NCBI GenBank assembly: GCA_964446535.1
Contig: CAYUOR010000002.1
Coordinates: 43,372 to 107,371 of the forward strand
DNA length: 64,000 nucleotides
DNA from: an uncultured Candidatus Saccharibacteria bacterium
GTDB taxonomy: Bacteria; Patescibacteriota; Minisyncoccia; Phycocordibacterales; Zambryskibacteraceae
Direction of reading: 5' to 3'
Under the pieces are notes generated by a model, which saw only the letters and a program-made list of their open reading frames with translations, was not told the origin of the DNA and did no database searches. Numbering within the stretch: the first letter of the stretch is position 1; the number at the start of each line of letters is the position of its first letter. This document shows positions 37,598 to 46,811 of this stretch, piece after piece. The position numbers were made by a program, and so were the translations under genes.

Positions 37598-37676
37598 CTT
37601 CGACATTGACTTAGGCTCTGAATTTTTATAATATGTCTGCCACGTCCCGCTAAGGCGGGACTGTTTAAATGAATAA

Positions 37677-38018
37677 ATGACAAGATCTCAAAGCAAAGGT
37701 CCATATGTCGATCCTCGTCTTTTAAAAAAGGTTGAGGGCAAAAAGCCAGATGCCGTTGGTGTGATAAAAACCTGGGCGCGAGCTTCTCAGATTTCGCCGG
37801 AAATGGTCGGTTTTACTTTCGGTGTTCACAACGGCAAGACGCATGTTGATGTTTTTGTTTCTGAGGATATGGTGGGACATCGTCTCGGAGAATTCGTGCC
37901 AACCAGAAAATTCACTAAACACGGCGGTAAAATGCAAAAAGAGCTCGAAACAAAACAGAAAGAAACAGAAATTGCTGCCGCCAAGGCTGCTAAGGGGTCC
38001 GAAGAAACAAAGAAATAA
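37677..38018 (+). CDS. rpsS: 30S ribosomal protein S19 (with C-terminal extension)
   Basis: S19 core [16 protein letters not shown]....VGHRLGEF. Confidence 0.85.
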   Translation: MTRSQSKGPYVDPRLLKKVEGKKPDAVGVIKTWARASQISPEMVGFTFGVHNGKTHVDVFVSEDMVGHRLGEFVPTRKFTKHGGKMQKELETKQKETEIAAAKAAKGSEETKK

Positions 38019-38020
38019 TT

Positions 38021-38392
38021 ATGAAAGAAGCGCGAGCCGAATTGAATAACTACCGACAATCACCACGCAAGGTGCGCGTAGTCGCCGACGCTGTTCGTGG
38101 CAAAAAAGTTGAAGACGCCCTGACAACACTCTCTTTTATACCAAAGCGGGCAGCCCTACCCATCCAAAAACTTTTGAATTCTGCTTTAAGCAATGCTAAA
38201 AATCTTTCTCTTTCCGAAGGGCTTATTGTGAAGGAGCTTCGAGTCGACAACGGCCCGACTCTCTATCGTAGACGACCGCGCTCGCGAGGTATGGCAAACC
38301 CAATTCGCAAAAGAACATCCCACGTTACAGTTGTTCTCGTTGAGTCGGCACAGAAAAAGACGAACAAGACCAAGTCGGAAGCCAAGAAATAA
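38021..38392 (+). CDS. rplV: 50S ribosomal protein L22
   Basis: L22 family conservation; operon position. Confidence 0.85.
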   Translation: MKEARAELNNYRQSPRKVRVVADAVRGKKVEDALTTLSFIPKRAALPIQKLLNSALSNAKNLSLSEGLIVKELRVDNGPTLYRRRPRSRGMANPIRKRTSHVTVVLVESAQKKTNKTKSEAKK

Positions 38393-38393
38393 C

Positions 38394-39056
38394 ATGACAC
38401 ATACAGTACACCCATACTCACATCGCCTCGGCATCTTAAGGGACTGGAAGTCCAGATGGTTTTCTCCAAAGGCTAAATACAAATATGCTCTTCGCGGAGA
38501 TATTTTGATACGCGAATATCTGGAAAAGAAACTAAAAGGATTCTTCGTCTCTTTGGTAGAAATAGAAAGAAGCGAGAAGGCAATTCGCATAATCATAAAC
38601 TCCTCAAGACCGGGTATGATTATTGGTCGAGAAGGTCTCGGCGCTGAACTTTTGAGGAAAGAATTGAAGGCCCTACTTGAAAAACATAAACTTTTGGATA
38701 AAAAGGTGGATGTTAAGCTTGATATCAGCGAAGTAAAATCTGCGGAATCGAATGCCGCCATAGTGGCGCAAATGGTGGTTGAAGGACTCGAAAAACGCCT
38801 GCCTTTTAGGCGCGTAACGAAGCAGATGCTTGAGAAGGTGATGGCCAACCGTGATGTGGAAGGAGTGCGCATTCTTCTATCCGGCAGACTGGGTGGGGCC
38901 ACTATGAGTCGCACGGAAGATAGGAAGCTTGGCCGGATTCCACTCCAAACCCTGCGAGCTGACGTCGATTATTCGGTGACTAAGGCGGTGATGCCTTACG
39001 GCACCATTGGGGTCAAAGTTTGGATTTACCGCGGTGAAATTTTTGATAAAAAATAA
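38394..39056 (+). CDS. rpsC: 30S ribosomal protein S3
   Basis: KH domain and C-terminal GRLGGA..SRTE; start at MTHTVHPYSHRLG. Confidence 0.85.
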   Translation: MTHTVHPYSHRLGILRDWKSRWFSPKAKYKYALRGDILIREYLEKKLKGFFVSLVEIERSEKAIRIIINSSRPGMIIGREGLGAELLRKELKALLEKHKLLDKKVDVKLDISEVKSAESNAAIVAQMVVEGLEKRLPFRRVTKQMLEKVMANRDVEGVRILLSGRLGGATMSRTEDRKLGRIPLQTLRADVDYSVTKAVMPYGTIGVKVWIYRGEIFDKK

Positions 39057-39058
39057 AC

Positions 39059-39475
39059 ATGCTTTTTCCGAAAAAAGTTAAATACCGAAAATGGCAAACG
39101 ATGAGAAAGAATCCATCGAAGGTTGGCACTGCCACACGCGGTGTAACTGTCGCTTTCGGTTCATACGGTCTTAAAGCGTTGGGCCAAGCGCGAATCCGCT
39201 CCAACCAGATTGAGTCGGCAAGAAAGGCGCTTTCTCGTCATCTCGGTAAAAATGGAAGACTCTGGGTTCGTATTTTCCCCGACATGCCCTATACATCCAA
39301 ACCTGCCGAGGTAAAGCTTGGTAAGGGCAAAGGGGATCTTCAGGGCTATGCCGCCCCGGTGCTTCCGGGTAGAATCCTTTTCGAAGTGGACGGTGTTGAC
39401 AACGCTGTTGCCAAGGAGGCCCTGCGTAAGGCCGGCACCAAACTTCCGGTAAAAACCAAAGTTGTAGAGAGATAA
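39059..39475 (+). CDS. rplP: 50S ribosomal protein L16
   Basis: L16 family conservation; operon position. Confidence 0.9.
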   Translation: MLFPKKVKYRKWQTMRKNPSKVGTATRGVTVAFGSYGLKALGQARIRSNQIESARKALSRHLGKNGRLWVRIFPDMPYTSKPAEVKLGKGKGDLQGYAAPVLPGRILFEVDGVDNAVAKEALRKAGTKLPVKTKVVER

Positions 39476-39484
39476 TTTTACTAA

Positions 39485-39682
39485 ATGAAAAAAACTTCGT
39501 ACAAAGGAAAAAATCACACAGAACTCGTAAAGAGCCTCTTGGAGAAGCGTGAAAGTTTGCGAAAACTCCAGTTCGGCGTGACGGGCTCGAAGACTCGTGA
39601 TGTAAGGGAAATTCGCACCCTAAGAAAAGATATCGCCCGCATTATGACAGAGCTTAGCCGAGAACGTCTGGCTACAAAATAA
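39485..39682 (+). CDS. rpmC: 50S ribosomal protein L29
   Basis: 65 aa, L29-like helical protein at the operon position. Confidence 0.75.
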   Translation: MKKTSYKGKNHTELVKSLLEKRESLRKLQFGVTGSKTRDVREIRTLRKDIARIMTELSRERLATK

Positions 39683-39683
39683 T

Positions 39684-39923
39684 ATGAAAACTGAAAACAA
39701 AAAATCTAAGATTCTCTCCGGCACCGTAGTCTCAAACAAGATGAAGAATACTGCGGTGGTTCTTGTTGAGCGCTATGAAAAACACCCGAGATACGGCAAA
39801 TTCGTTAAAAAACGAAAAAAATTTAAGGCGCACGATGAGGGTAATAGCAAAAACATCGGCGAGAAAGTTCGCATTCGCGAGACTCGACCTATTTCTAAAG
39901 ATAAGCACTTTGTAGTAATATAA
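39684..39923 (+). CDS. rpsQ: 30S ribosomal protein S17
   Basis: [18 protein letters not shown]; OB fold. Confidence 0.8.
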   Translation: MKTENKKSKILSGTVVSNKMKNTAVVLVERYEKHPRYGKFVKKRKKFKAHDEGNSKNIGEKVRIRETRPISKDKHFVVI

Positions 39924-39932
39924 TTTCCTTCT

Positions 39933-40304
39933 ATGGTTCAACCTCGTTCAATCGTTCAAATTGCAGATAATTCCGGAGCAAAAATCGGGAGAGTTTTTAA
40001 AGTGCTCGGTAGCTCGAAGAAACGCTACGCCTCGATAGGCGAGCTCGTTATCTTTTCGGTTCAGAAGGCTGAGCCGAGAAAGCCGGTTAAGAAAAAGGAC
40101 GTTCTCTGCGGTCTGGTGGTTCGCCAACGAGCCCCCTTTCATCGCAAGGATGGCACCTATGTTCGCTTTGACGAGAACGCGGTCGTAATACTTGACGCGA
40201 CAAGGAAGGAGCCTATGGCTGGACGCATTTTCGGGCCTATTCCAAGAGAGATCGGCGAATTAGGGTTCCAAAAAATAATTTCTCTTGCCCCAGAAGTCGT
40301 ATAA
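39933..40304 (+). CDS. rplN: 50S ribosomal protein L14
   Basis: MVQPRSIVQIADNSGAK. Confidence 0.9.
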   Translation: MVQPRSIVQIADNSGAKIGRVFKVLGSSKKRYASIGELVIFSVQKAEPRKPVKKKDVLCGLVVRQRAPFHRKDGTYVRFDENAVVILDATRKEPMAGRIFGPIPREIGELGFQKIISLAPEVV

Positions 40305-40308
40305 ATTT

Positions 40309-40533
40309 ATGCACGTAAAAAAAGGAGACACAGTCATAGTATTGGCAGGCAAAGATAAGGGAAAGACCGGTAAGGTTATAAAAGCTCTGCCGCAGAGAAA
40401 CATGGTTATGGTTGACGGTATAAACACCAAACACGTCCATGAACATGCAAAAAAGAAGGGTGCCAAAGGTGCCGTGATAGATAAAACTTTTCCTATCCAC
40501 GCCTCGAACGTAAAGCTTCATGGAAAATCTTAA
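40309..40533 (+). CDS. rplX: 50S ribosomal protein L24
   Basis: KKGDTVIVLAGKDKGKTGKV KOW motif; start at MHVKKGD. Confidence 0.8.
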   Translation: MHVKKGDTVIVLAGKDKGKTGKVIKALPQRNMVMVDGINTKHVHEHAKKKGAKGAVIDKTFPIHASNVKLHGKS

Positions 40534-41062
40534 AGAAAAATCAAAAAAAGTTTTTCAGGCTCTCAAAGAAAAACGAGGGTATAAAAACCCCATGCAAGCC
40601 CCCAGGATCAGCAAGGTTATTGTCTCTGTCGGCGTCGGCTCATATAAGGACAAAAATAAATTCAAGGTTGTTGAGGATCGTCTGGCGCGTATTACTGGGC
40701 AAAAAGCGGCAACACGCGGCGCCAAGATTTCCATAGCAAGTTTTAAGTCGCGCCAGGGCGATACCGTCGGCTACCAGGTAACGCTTAGGGGTTCGCGTAT
40801 GTATGACTTTTTGGACCGCCTGATTCACATTGCTCTGCCGCGAACCAAAGATTTCAGAGGCATTTCGTCAAAGTCAGCCGACGAAATGGGCAACTACACC
40901 CTCGGCATCAAGGAACACAACGTTTTTCCCGAGACTTCCGACGAGGAGCTCAAAGACGTTTTCGGCCTTGCTGTCACCATAGTCACTACTGCTAAATCTC
41001 GAGATGAAGTTGTCGATTTCCTCAAGTTTCTGGGCTTTCCTTTTAAGAAGGAGGGGCTCTAA
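40520..41062 (+). CDS. rplE: 50S ribosomal protein L5
   Basis: L5 family conservation; operon position. Confidence 0.9.
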   Translation: MENLKEKSKKVFQALKEKRGYKNPMQAPRISKVIVSVGVGSYKDKNKFKVVEDRLARITGQKAATRGAKISIASFKSRQGDTVGYQVTLRGSRMYDFLDRLIHIALPRTKDFRGISSKSADEMGNYTLGIKEHNVFPETSDEELKDVFGLAVTIVTTAKSRDEVVDFLKFLGFPFKKEGL

Positions 41063-41132
41063 AAATTCTTGAATCTGGCTCTGCCTTGTGTTAAACTGCC
41101 TAACCAAGGCTTTCAGGCCTTTTTGTTTCTTA

Positions 41133-41317
41133 TGGCTAAAACATCTGTCATCGCACGCTCAAAGAAGAAGCCCAAATTTTCTACCAGGGCTACTTTGCGT
41201 TGTTTTCGTTGCGGTCGCAAACGCGGTTATATGCGAGATTTCGACCTTTGCCGTATTTGCTTCAGAGAACTTGCCAACGAGGGAAAGATCCCCGGCATAA
41301 AAAAATCTTCTTGGTAA
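41133..41317 (+). CDS. rpsZ: 30S ribosomal protein S14 type Z (zinc-binding)
   Basis: 61 aa with a CxxC...CxxC pattern (RCFRCGR...CRIC); start at MAKTSVIA. Confidence 0.8.
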
Positions 41318-41321
41318 AAAT

Positions 41322-41708
41322 ATGGACGTGATATCAAACATGATAATTCAGATAAAGAACGCCGGGCTTGTCGGCCTTGAAGAGGTTAGATTACCTTACT
41401 CGAAGTTTAAACACGCAATTCTCGATGTTTTGAAAAAAGAGGGTTTCATTAAAGCTGTTGGCACTGGCACGAGCAAGGGTAAAAAAACCTTGATCGTTGA
41501 GCTCTTTGTCGAAAATCGTGTGCCGAAAATCAGAGGGGTTGAGCGAATATCAAAGCCATCAAGGCGCATTTATCGTAGATCCGACGAAATACGACCGGTT
41601 AAAAATGGTTACGGCGCGCTCGTGGTCTCAACCTCCAAGGGAGTTATGTCCGGTCGCGAGGCAAAAAAAGAGGGCCTTGGCGGCGAGGCGCTTTTTGCGA
41701 TTTGGTAA
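41322..41708 (+). CDS. rpsH: 30S ribosomal protein S8
   Basis: S8 family conservation; operon position. Confidence 0.85.
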   Translation: MDVISNMIIQIKNAGLVGLEEVRLPYSKFKHAILDVLKKEGFIKAVGTGTSKGKKTLIVELFVENRVPKIRGVERISKPSRRIYRRSDEIRPVKNGYGALVVSTSKGVMSGREAKKEGLGGEALFAIW

Positions 41709-41714
41709 ATTTAT

Positions 41715-42248
41715 ATGTCACGAATAGGTAAAAAAACAATAATGGTGCCGGAAAAGACAGGGGTGGAAGTCTCTGGGGATAAAATTTCTGTGAAAGGACC
41801 ACTGGGCGAACTTTCTCGAACACTTAACCCGGTAATCGAGGTTAAACTCAACGGTCAGGAGCTAATGGTTACCACAAAGAAAGAAACCCCAGAGTCCAAA
41901 GCTCTCTGGGGCACCTATGCCTCGCATATCTCCAATATGATTTCTGGCGTCAACAAAGCTTTTGCCAAAACACTTATTCTTGAAGGTATCGGCTTCAAAT
42001 CTGAAGTTAAGGGTGACAAAATTGTTTTAGCTCTCGGTTTTTCCCATCCTGTTAGTGTAGATATTCCGAAAACACTCAAGGTAACTGCGGAAAAGAATGT
42101 TATCAACATTTCCGGCTCGGATAAGGAGGAGGTCGGTCTTTTCGCCGCCAAACTGCGCGCGCTCAAGAAACCAGAACCGTACAAGGGTAAAGGCATGCGC
42201 TATTCCGATGAGACAATAAGAAGGAAACAGGGCAAAAAGTCCGTCTAA
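41715..42248 (+). CDS. rplF: 50S ribosomal protein L6
   Basis: MSRIGKK...V.V.G..I.VKGP.GEL. Confidence 0.85.
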   Translation: MSRIGKKTIMVPEKTGVEVSGDKISVKGPLGELSRTLNPVIEVKLNGQELMVTTKKETPESKALWGTYASHISNMISGVNKAFAKTLILEGIGFKSEVKGDKIVLALGFSHPVSVDIPKTLKVTAEKNVINISGSDKEEVGLFAAKLRALKKPEPYKGKGMRYSDETIRRKQGKKSV

Positions 42249-42253
42249 ATTTT

Positions 42254-42559
42254 ATGACAAGCGCTCGCGACAGAAAAAGAAAGAAAATAAGATCCAAGGT
42301 TTCCGGCACCGCAGACCGACCACGCCTCTCTGTGTTTAAATCAAATACTGCACTCTTTGTCCAGCTTATTGACGACGAAAAAGCGGTAACACTCGCTGCG
42401 GTTCGCGGAGCTGATCCCACAAAGGTCGGTGCCAATATCGCAAAGCTTGCTCAAACGAAGAAAATAAAGAAAGTTGTCTTTGATCGAGGGGGCTACATAT
42501 ATACCGGCAAGATTGCCAAACTTGCCGAGGCAGCCCGCGGTGCAGGACTTGAATTTTAA
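42254..42559 (+). CDS. rplR: 50S ribosomal protein L18
   Basis: L18 family conservation; operon position. Confidence 0.8.
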   Translation: MTSARDRKRKKIRSKVSGTADRPRLSVFKSNTALFVQLIDDEKAVTLAAVRGADPTKVGANIAKLAQTKKIKKVVFDRGGYIYTGKIAKLAEAARGAGLEF

Positions 42560-42563
42560 AACC

Positions 42564-43163
42564 ATGAGCGAAGAAACAAATAAAACAAATATTACTCCCA
42601 CCCCCGAAGCTGTTCCTGAGGCGGTAACGGAGACGGCTGCAAAGCCGAGAGACAGGGGAGAAAGAAACAGGAGACAACACCGAGCTCCTCGTCGTCGAGA
42701 CAGCGCTCGTACTAAGCCCGAGTTTGATCAGAAGATTATTAGCATGCGTCGAGTCGCTCGTGTTATGGCTGGCGGTAGACGATTTAATTTCTCTGTGGCG
42801 GTTGTAGCCGGTAACCGCAAAGGCAGGGTGGGCGTCGGTCAGGGCAAGGCCTCTGACACCCCTCTTGCCATAGATAAGGCCTTCCGCGATGCGAAGAAGA
42901 ATATGATTACGGTCAACACTACCAAAAATATGTCTATCCCGCACGATGTGGAAACAAAATTTGCCGCCTCCCACGTTAAAATTATGCCCGCCAGAGGCAA
43001 GGGTATTTTGGCGGGAAGTTCAGTGCGAACTGTTCTGGAACTTGCCGGATTGCGTGAAGTGGGAGCAAAGCTTTTCTCCAGATCAAAAAACACAACCAAT
43101 AATGCCAAAGCCGCCGTCAAAGCCCTCAAGATGCTTGAAACTACCAAGATAAGAAACAAATAA
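42564..43163 (+). CDS. rpsE: 30S ribosomal protein S5 (with low-complexity N-terminal extension)
   Basis: S5 dsRBD core VSMRRVARVMAGGRRFNFSVAVVAGNRKGRVGVGQGKA; start at MSEETNK. Confidence 0.85.
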   Translation: MSEETNKTNITPTPEAVPEAVTETAAKPRDRGERNRRQHRAPRRRDSARTKPEFDQKIISMRRVARVMAGGRRFNFSVAVVAGNRKGRVGVGQGKASDTPLAIDKAFRDAKKNMITVNTTKNMSIPHDVETKFAASHVKIMPARGKGILAGSSVRTVLELAGLREVGAKLFSRSKNTTNNAKAAVKALKMLETTKIRNK

Positions 43164-43168
43164 GACCA

Positions 43169-43453
43169 ATGCAACTTCACAACCTTCAGTCAAGAACAAA
43201 AAGAATTCGCTCACGACAGGTTGGTCGGGGTGGACGACGCGGAAAAACTTCTGGGCGCGGCACCAAGGGTCAAAACGCTCGTGCCGGAAGGAAGAAACGC
43301 CCTGAGATAAGGGATATAATTAAACGTATCCCGAAATTACGTGGTCGGGGTAAATCGGCCCTCAAATCCAGACGCCAGAAGCTTAAGGGAGCCGAACTTA
43401 AAGCCCATCTTGCTAAAAAGAAAACTCTAAGAAAGAAGTCGTCGGAAAAATAA
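43169..43453 (+). CDS. rplO: 50S ribosomal protein L15, short form (94 aa; no L30 gene precedes it)
   Basis: L15 N-terminal Gly/Arg-rich motif VGRGGRRGKTSGRGTKGQNARAG...LPK.RG; the C-terminal part is absent. Confidence 0.6.
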   Translation: MQLHNLQSRTKRIRSRQVGRGGRRGKTSGRGTKGQNARAGRKKRPEIRDIIKRIPKLRGRGKSALKSRRQKLKGAELKAHLAKKKTLRKKSSEK

Positions 43454-43454
43454 A

Positions 43455-44726
43455 ATGTCTAAACTCGTCGAGAAACTCAAACTCATTTTCGGAGACGAGT
43501 CGCTTCGAAAGCGAATTGTTTTTATTCTGGCAATTCTCGCGCTCTCACGCCTTTTTGCCATCATCCCGATTCCCGGTGTTGATGCTAGTCGCTTGGAAAG
43601 CCTGCTTTCTTCAAGCGAATTTCTTAACCTTTTGAATCTTTTTTCCGGCGGCGGTCTGACAAATCTTTCTGTTGTAATGCTTGGTGTCGGCCCCTATATT
43701 ACCGCCTCGATTATCATGCAGCTCCTGACCGTCATGGTGCCGAAGCTTAAGGCGCTCTACCAGGAAGAGGGCGATGCAGGTCGCCGAAAGTTTACCCAGT
43801 ATTCACGCCTCTTAACGGTTCCTCTGGCAGCCATCCAGGGTTACGCGTTTATAAAACTTCTTCAGAGTCAGGCAGTCTTGCCGCCACTTGCCCTCAACAC
43901 TCTTATCATAGATATTTTGGTTATCATTGCCGGCTCCATGCTTCTTATGTGGCTCGGTGAACTTATTACCGAATTCGGCATAGGAAACGGTGTTTCTCTT
44001 ATCATCTTTGCCGGCATCGTTGCGCAGTTACCGGCGATTTTTGGTCAAATAAGTTTTACATTTAACCCCGCCGATCTGCCGGTCTATCTAATCGGCCTAG
44101 CGGTGGCTCTGGCTGTAATCTTTGGCGTCGTAATAGTGACGGAGGCAGAACGACCCATTCCCATAACCTATGCCAAACAGGTTCGCGGTGAGCGCACCTA
44201 CGGCGGCGTTTCAACATACCTGCCCCTCCGACTGAATCAAGCGGGTGTGATTCCGATAATTTTCGCACTCTCAATCCTGATTTTCCCGCAAATGATTTTC
44301 CAGTTTCTTAGTCAGTCCAGTATTGCCTTAGTCGCGAGTGTCTCCACCTTCCTTCTTTCACTGCTTGCCAATATCTGGTTCTACACCTCGGCCTACTTTG
44401 TCCTGGTCTTTGCTTTTACCTATTTCTACACCGCCGTAACATTTGATCCAGATTCCGTCGCAACCAATCTGCAGAAATCGGGCGCTTTTGTTGCCGGTGT
44501 TCGACCCGGCACCGCCACCGCCGAATACATAGGCAAAATTTTGACCCGCCTGACCCTGGTCGGCGCCCTCTTCTTGTCTTTCATTGCTGTTCTGCCGCTT
44601 CTTATGAGATCTCTGACCGGTATCCAGTCTCTTGCCATCGGCGGTACGGCGCTCCTCATCGTTGTTTCGGTGGTGCTTGACCTTGTTAAAAAGATAAATG
44701 CGCAAGTTTCTGTGCGCGAATACTAA
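43455..44726 (+). CDS. secY: Preprotein translocase subunit SecY
   Basis: 10-TM protein with conserved SecY motifs GGG..LS, GIGNGVSLIIFAGI. Confidence 0.9.
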   Translation: MSKLVEKLKLIFGDESLRKRIVFILAILALSRLFAIIPIPGVDASRLESLLSSSEFLNLLNLFSGGGLTNLSVVMLGVGPYITASIIMQLLTVMVPKLKALYQEEGDAGRRKFTQYSRLLTVPLAAIQGYAFIKLLQSQAVLPPLALNTLIIDILVIIAGSMLLMWLGELITEFGIGNGVSLIIFAGIVAQLPAIFGQISFTFNPADLPVYLIGLAVALAVIFGVVIVTEAERPIPITYAKQVRGERTYGGVSTYLPLRLNQAGVIPIIFALSILIFPQMIFQFLSQSSIALVASVSTFLLSLLANIWFYTSAYFVLVFAFTYFYTAVTFDPDSVATNLQKSGAFVAGVRPGTATAEYIGKILTRLTLVGALFLSFIAVLPLLMRSLTGIQSLAIGGTALLIVVSVVLDLVKKINAQVSVREY

Positions 44727-44728
44727 CA

Positions 44729-45322
44729 ATGCTTGAGACAGCAATATTTGTCGGTCGTTCCGGCTGTGGGAAGGGGACTCAGGCGGCGCTTCTCATGGAT
44801 AAAATCAAAGAACGAGATTCCGAACACCAAATTCTCTACGTCGAGACGGGAGACCACTACAGGAGTTTCGTGCGAGGCAAGAATCTCTCCTCGCGCTTAG
44901 CAAACGACATCTACGAGCACGACGACCTGGCTCCGGTTTTTCTCGGCTGTTGGCTTTGGAGCAACGTGCTTATCAATGAGCTGGAGGAGGGGATGCACTT
45001 GATTTTCGACGGCACTTCACGCGCCCTGCTTGAAGCTGAAGTTCTTGCCACCGCTCTCAAGTTTTATAAACGCGAGAAGCCGGCGGTTATTTATATAGAT
45101 GTATCAAACAAGTGGTCAGACGACAGACTACTTGCTCGTGGTAGAGCCGACGACCGCTCTCTTTCAAAGATCAATAAACGTCTTAAGTGGTTTGAGACCG
45201 ACGTTCTTCCGGCCATAGAGTATTTCAAAAAAAATCCGTATTTTCACTTTATCCAGGTTAACGGCGAACAACCCATAGAGAAAGTTCATGCCGATATAAT
45301 GGCCGAGTATGATAAGGCTTAA
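44729..45322 (+). CDS. adk: Adenylate kinase (divergent)
   Basis: P-loop GRSGCGKGTQA; position after secY. Confidence 0.75.
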   Translation: MLETAIFVGRSGCGKGTQAALLMDKIKERDSEHQILYVETGDHYRSFVRGKNLSSRLANDIYEHDDLAPVFLGCWLWSNVLINELEEGMHLIFDGTSRALLEAEVLATALKFYKREKPAVIYIDVSNKWSDDRLLARGRADDRSLSKINKRLKWFETDVLPAIEYFKKNPYFHFIQVNGEQPIEKVHADIMAEYDKA

Positions 45323-46076
45323 AACTCCCGAGGACATAGCTATTCTCCGCGAGGGCGGTAAGAGGCATGCCAAAATTCTTAAAGAGCTTGCCAAACTGGT
45401 AAAACCGGGAATTTCCACCGCCCTTCTTGAAGATGAGGCGCTTCGTATGATTAAGGCAAACGGAGATGAACCAGCTTTCATGGGCTACAGACCAGCGGGA
45501 GCGCGGAGGAAGTTTCCCGCTTCACTCTGTGTTTCCATAAATGACGAAATCGTCCACGGTATTCCGAACGAGGGTGAAAAAATTCTGAAAGAGGGCGACA
45601 TCGTCGGCCTGGATCTTGGCATCATACACAGAGGTCTCATCACCGACTCGGCTATCACCGTGCCCGTGGGGAATGTTGATGAGGTTTCAAAAAAACTTAT
45701 TAACACAACACGAATGGCTCTAGAGGCGGGTATTAAAGCGGCTCGACTCGGTGCCAATATAGGCGATATCGGTGCCGCCATCAGCGCCGTTGTCGACAAA
45801 ACAAGTTTTTCAATCGCCGACGACCTGGTCGGGCACGGTGTTGGCTTCGAAGTTCATGAAGATCCTTATGTGCCAAACTTCGGTACCAAGGGCTCGGGAG
45901 AAAAACTTGTCTCGGGTATGGTCTTAGCTCTTGAGCCAATGGTAAATGTCGGAACCTCAAAGATAAAATTGCTCCCCGACGGTTACACCATCAAGACTCG
46001 CGACGGCTCGAAGAGCGCCCACTTCGAACACTCCATTGCAATTACGGAAAAAGGTACAATAATACTAACCGAATGA
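45309..46076 (+). CDS. map: Methionine aminopeptidase type I
   Basis: pita-bread fold motifs and metal ligands (D..D..H..E..E pattern); position after adk. Confidence 0.9.
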   Translation: MIRLKTPEDIAILREGGKRHAKILKELAKLVKPGISTALLEDEALRMIKANGDEPAFMGYRPAGARRKFPASLCVSINDEIVHGIPNEGEKILKEGDIVGLDLGIIHRGLITDSAITVPVGNVDEVSKKLINTTRMALEAGIKAARLGANIGDIGAAISAVVDKTSFSIADDLVGHGVGFEVHEDPYVPNFGTKGSGEKLVSGMVLALEPMVNVGTSKIKLLPDGYTIKTRDGSKSAHFEHSIAITEKGTIILTE

Positions 46077-46594
46077 CAGAGAAACATCCGAAACACGAAA
46101 AAACATTTGTTGCGATAAAACCCGACGGTGTTCAGAGGGTTCTCGTTGGAGAAATTATTGGCCGTCTCGAACGCGTTGGGCTAAAGCTGGTTGCTCTTAA
46201 GATGCTGGTAGCCGAACCGAAGAAAATTGAAAAACATTATGAACTTCTTGACGATAAAATAAGACGCCATCTTGTCAAATATATGACAAGCGGGCCGATA
46301 ATAGCCATGGTTTGGCAGGGCGCGAATGCTGTCAAGCTCGTAAGAAAAATTGTTGGCTCGACGGAACCCCTAACTTCGGATGTTGGCACCATTAGGGGAG
46401 ATTTTGTTTTGGACTCATACGACCTTTCGGACTCTGATGGTCGCGCAGTGAGAAACCTAATTCATGCCTCGGGTAATACGGAAGAGGCGGCAAAGGAAAT
46501 TGACCTCTGGTTTAGCTCTAAGGAGCTTGTGAATTATCGTCTAGTTACGGAAGAGATACTTTATGACGTTAATTTAGACGGTCTTTTGGAATAA
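46073..46594 (+). CDS. ndk: Nucleoside diphosphate kinase
   Basis: TFVAIKPDGVQR, catalytic His in NLIHASG. Confidence 0.8.
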   Translation: MTEKHPKHEKTFVAIKPDGVQRVLVGEIIGRLERVGLKLVALKMLVAEPKKIEKHYELLDDKIRRHLVKYMTSGPIIAMVWQGANAVKLVRKIVGSTEPLTSDVGTIRGDFVLDSYDLSDSDGRAVRNLIHASGNTEEAAKEIDLWFSSKELVNYRLVTEEILYDVNLDGLLE

Positions 46595-46628
46595 TTAACA
46601 TAAGGATTGCGTTTCTCTTGGTGGCTCG

Positions 46629-46637
46629 TGCTATAAT
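46629..46637 (+). promoter_or_regulatory. Extended -10 promoter element TGcTATAAT
   Basis: perfect extended -10 in the 217-bp non-coding gap after ndk. Confidence 0.4.
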
Positions 46638-46643
46638 GTTGTT

Positions 46644-46797
46644 AGGGTTATTTGAGGTATTATCTAGCTAAAACATTTTAAGGGAGTCTTCATAGTCACA
46701 CTCCTTGGAGCGAGACTGCGGACACCCACCTAGTCTTTAAACTAGGGTATACCAAAATAACCCTACAAAAGTTCTCCGTCGGTAGCGGAGATTTTTT
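46644..46797 (+). ncRNA. Candidate small structured ncRNA (~150 nt) with closing helix and intrinsic terminator; identity unknown (6S/SRP-like topology)
   Basis: 10-bp closing helix AGGGTTATTT(46644-46653)/AAATAACCCT(46755-46764), internal hairpin CTAGTctttaAACTAG, and terminator CTCCGtcggtagCGGAG+TTTTTT at 46774-46797. Confidence 0.3.
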
Positions 46798-46811
46798 GTT
46801 AGAATAGACGA

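Noticed and set aside
38186-38914. 242-aa minus-strand ORF antisense to rplV/rpsC
   Set aside because: Shadow ORF of conserved S3/L22 genes. No start context.
42366-42974. 202-aa minus-strand ORF antisense to rplR/rpsE
   Set aside because: Shadow ORF across two ribosomal genes.
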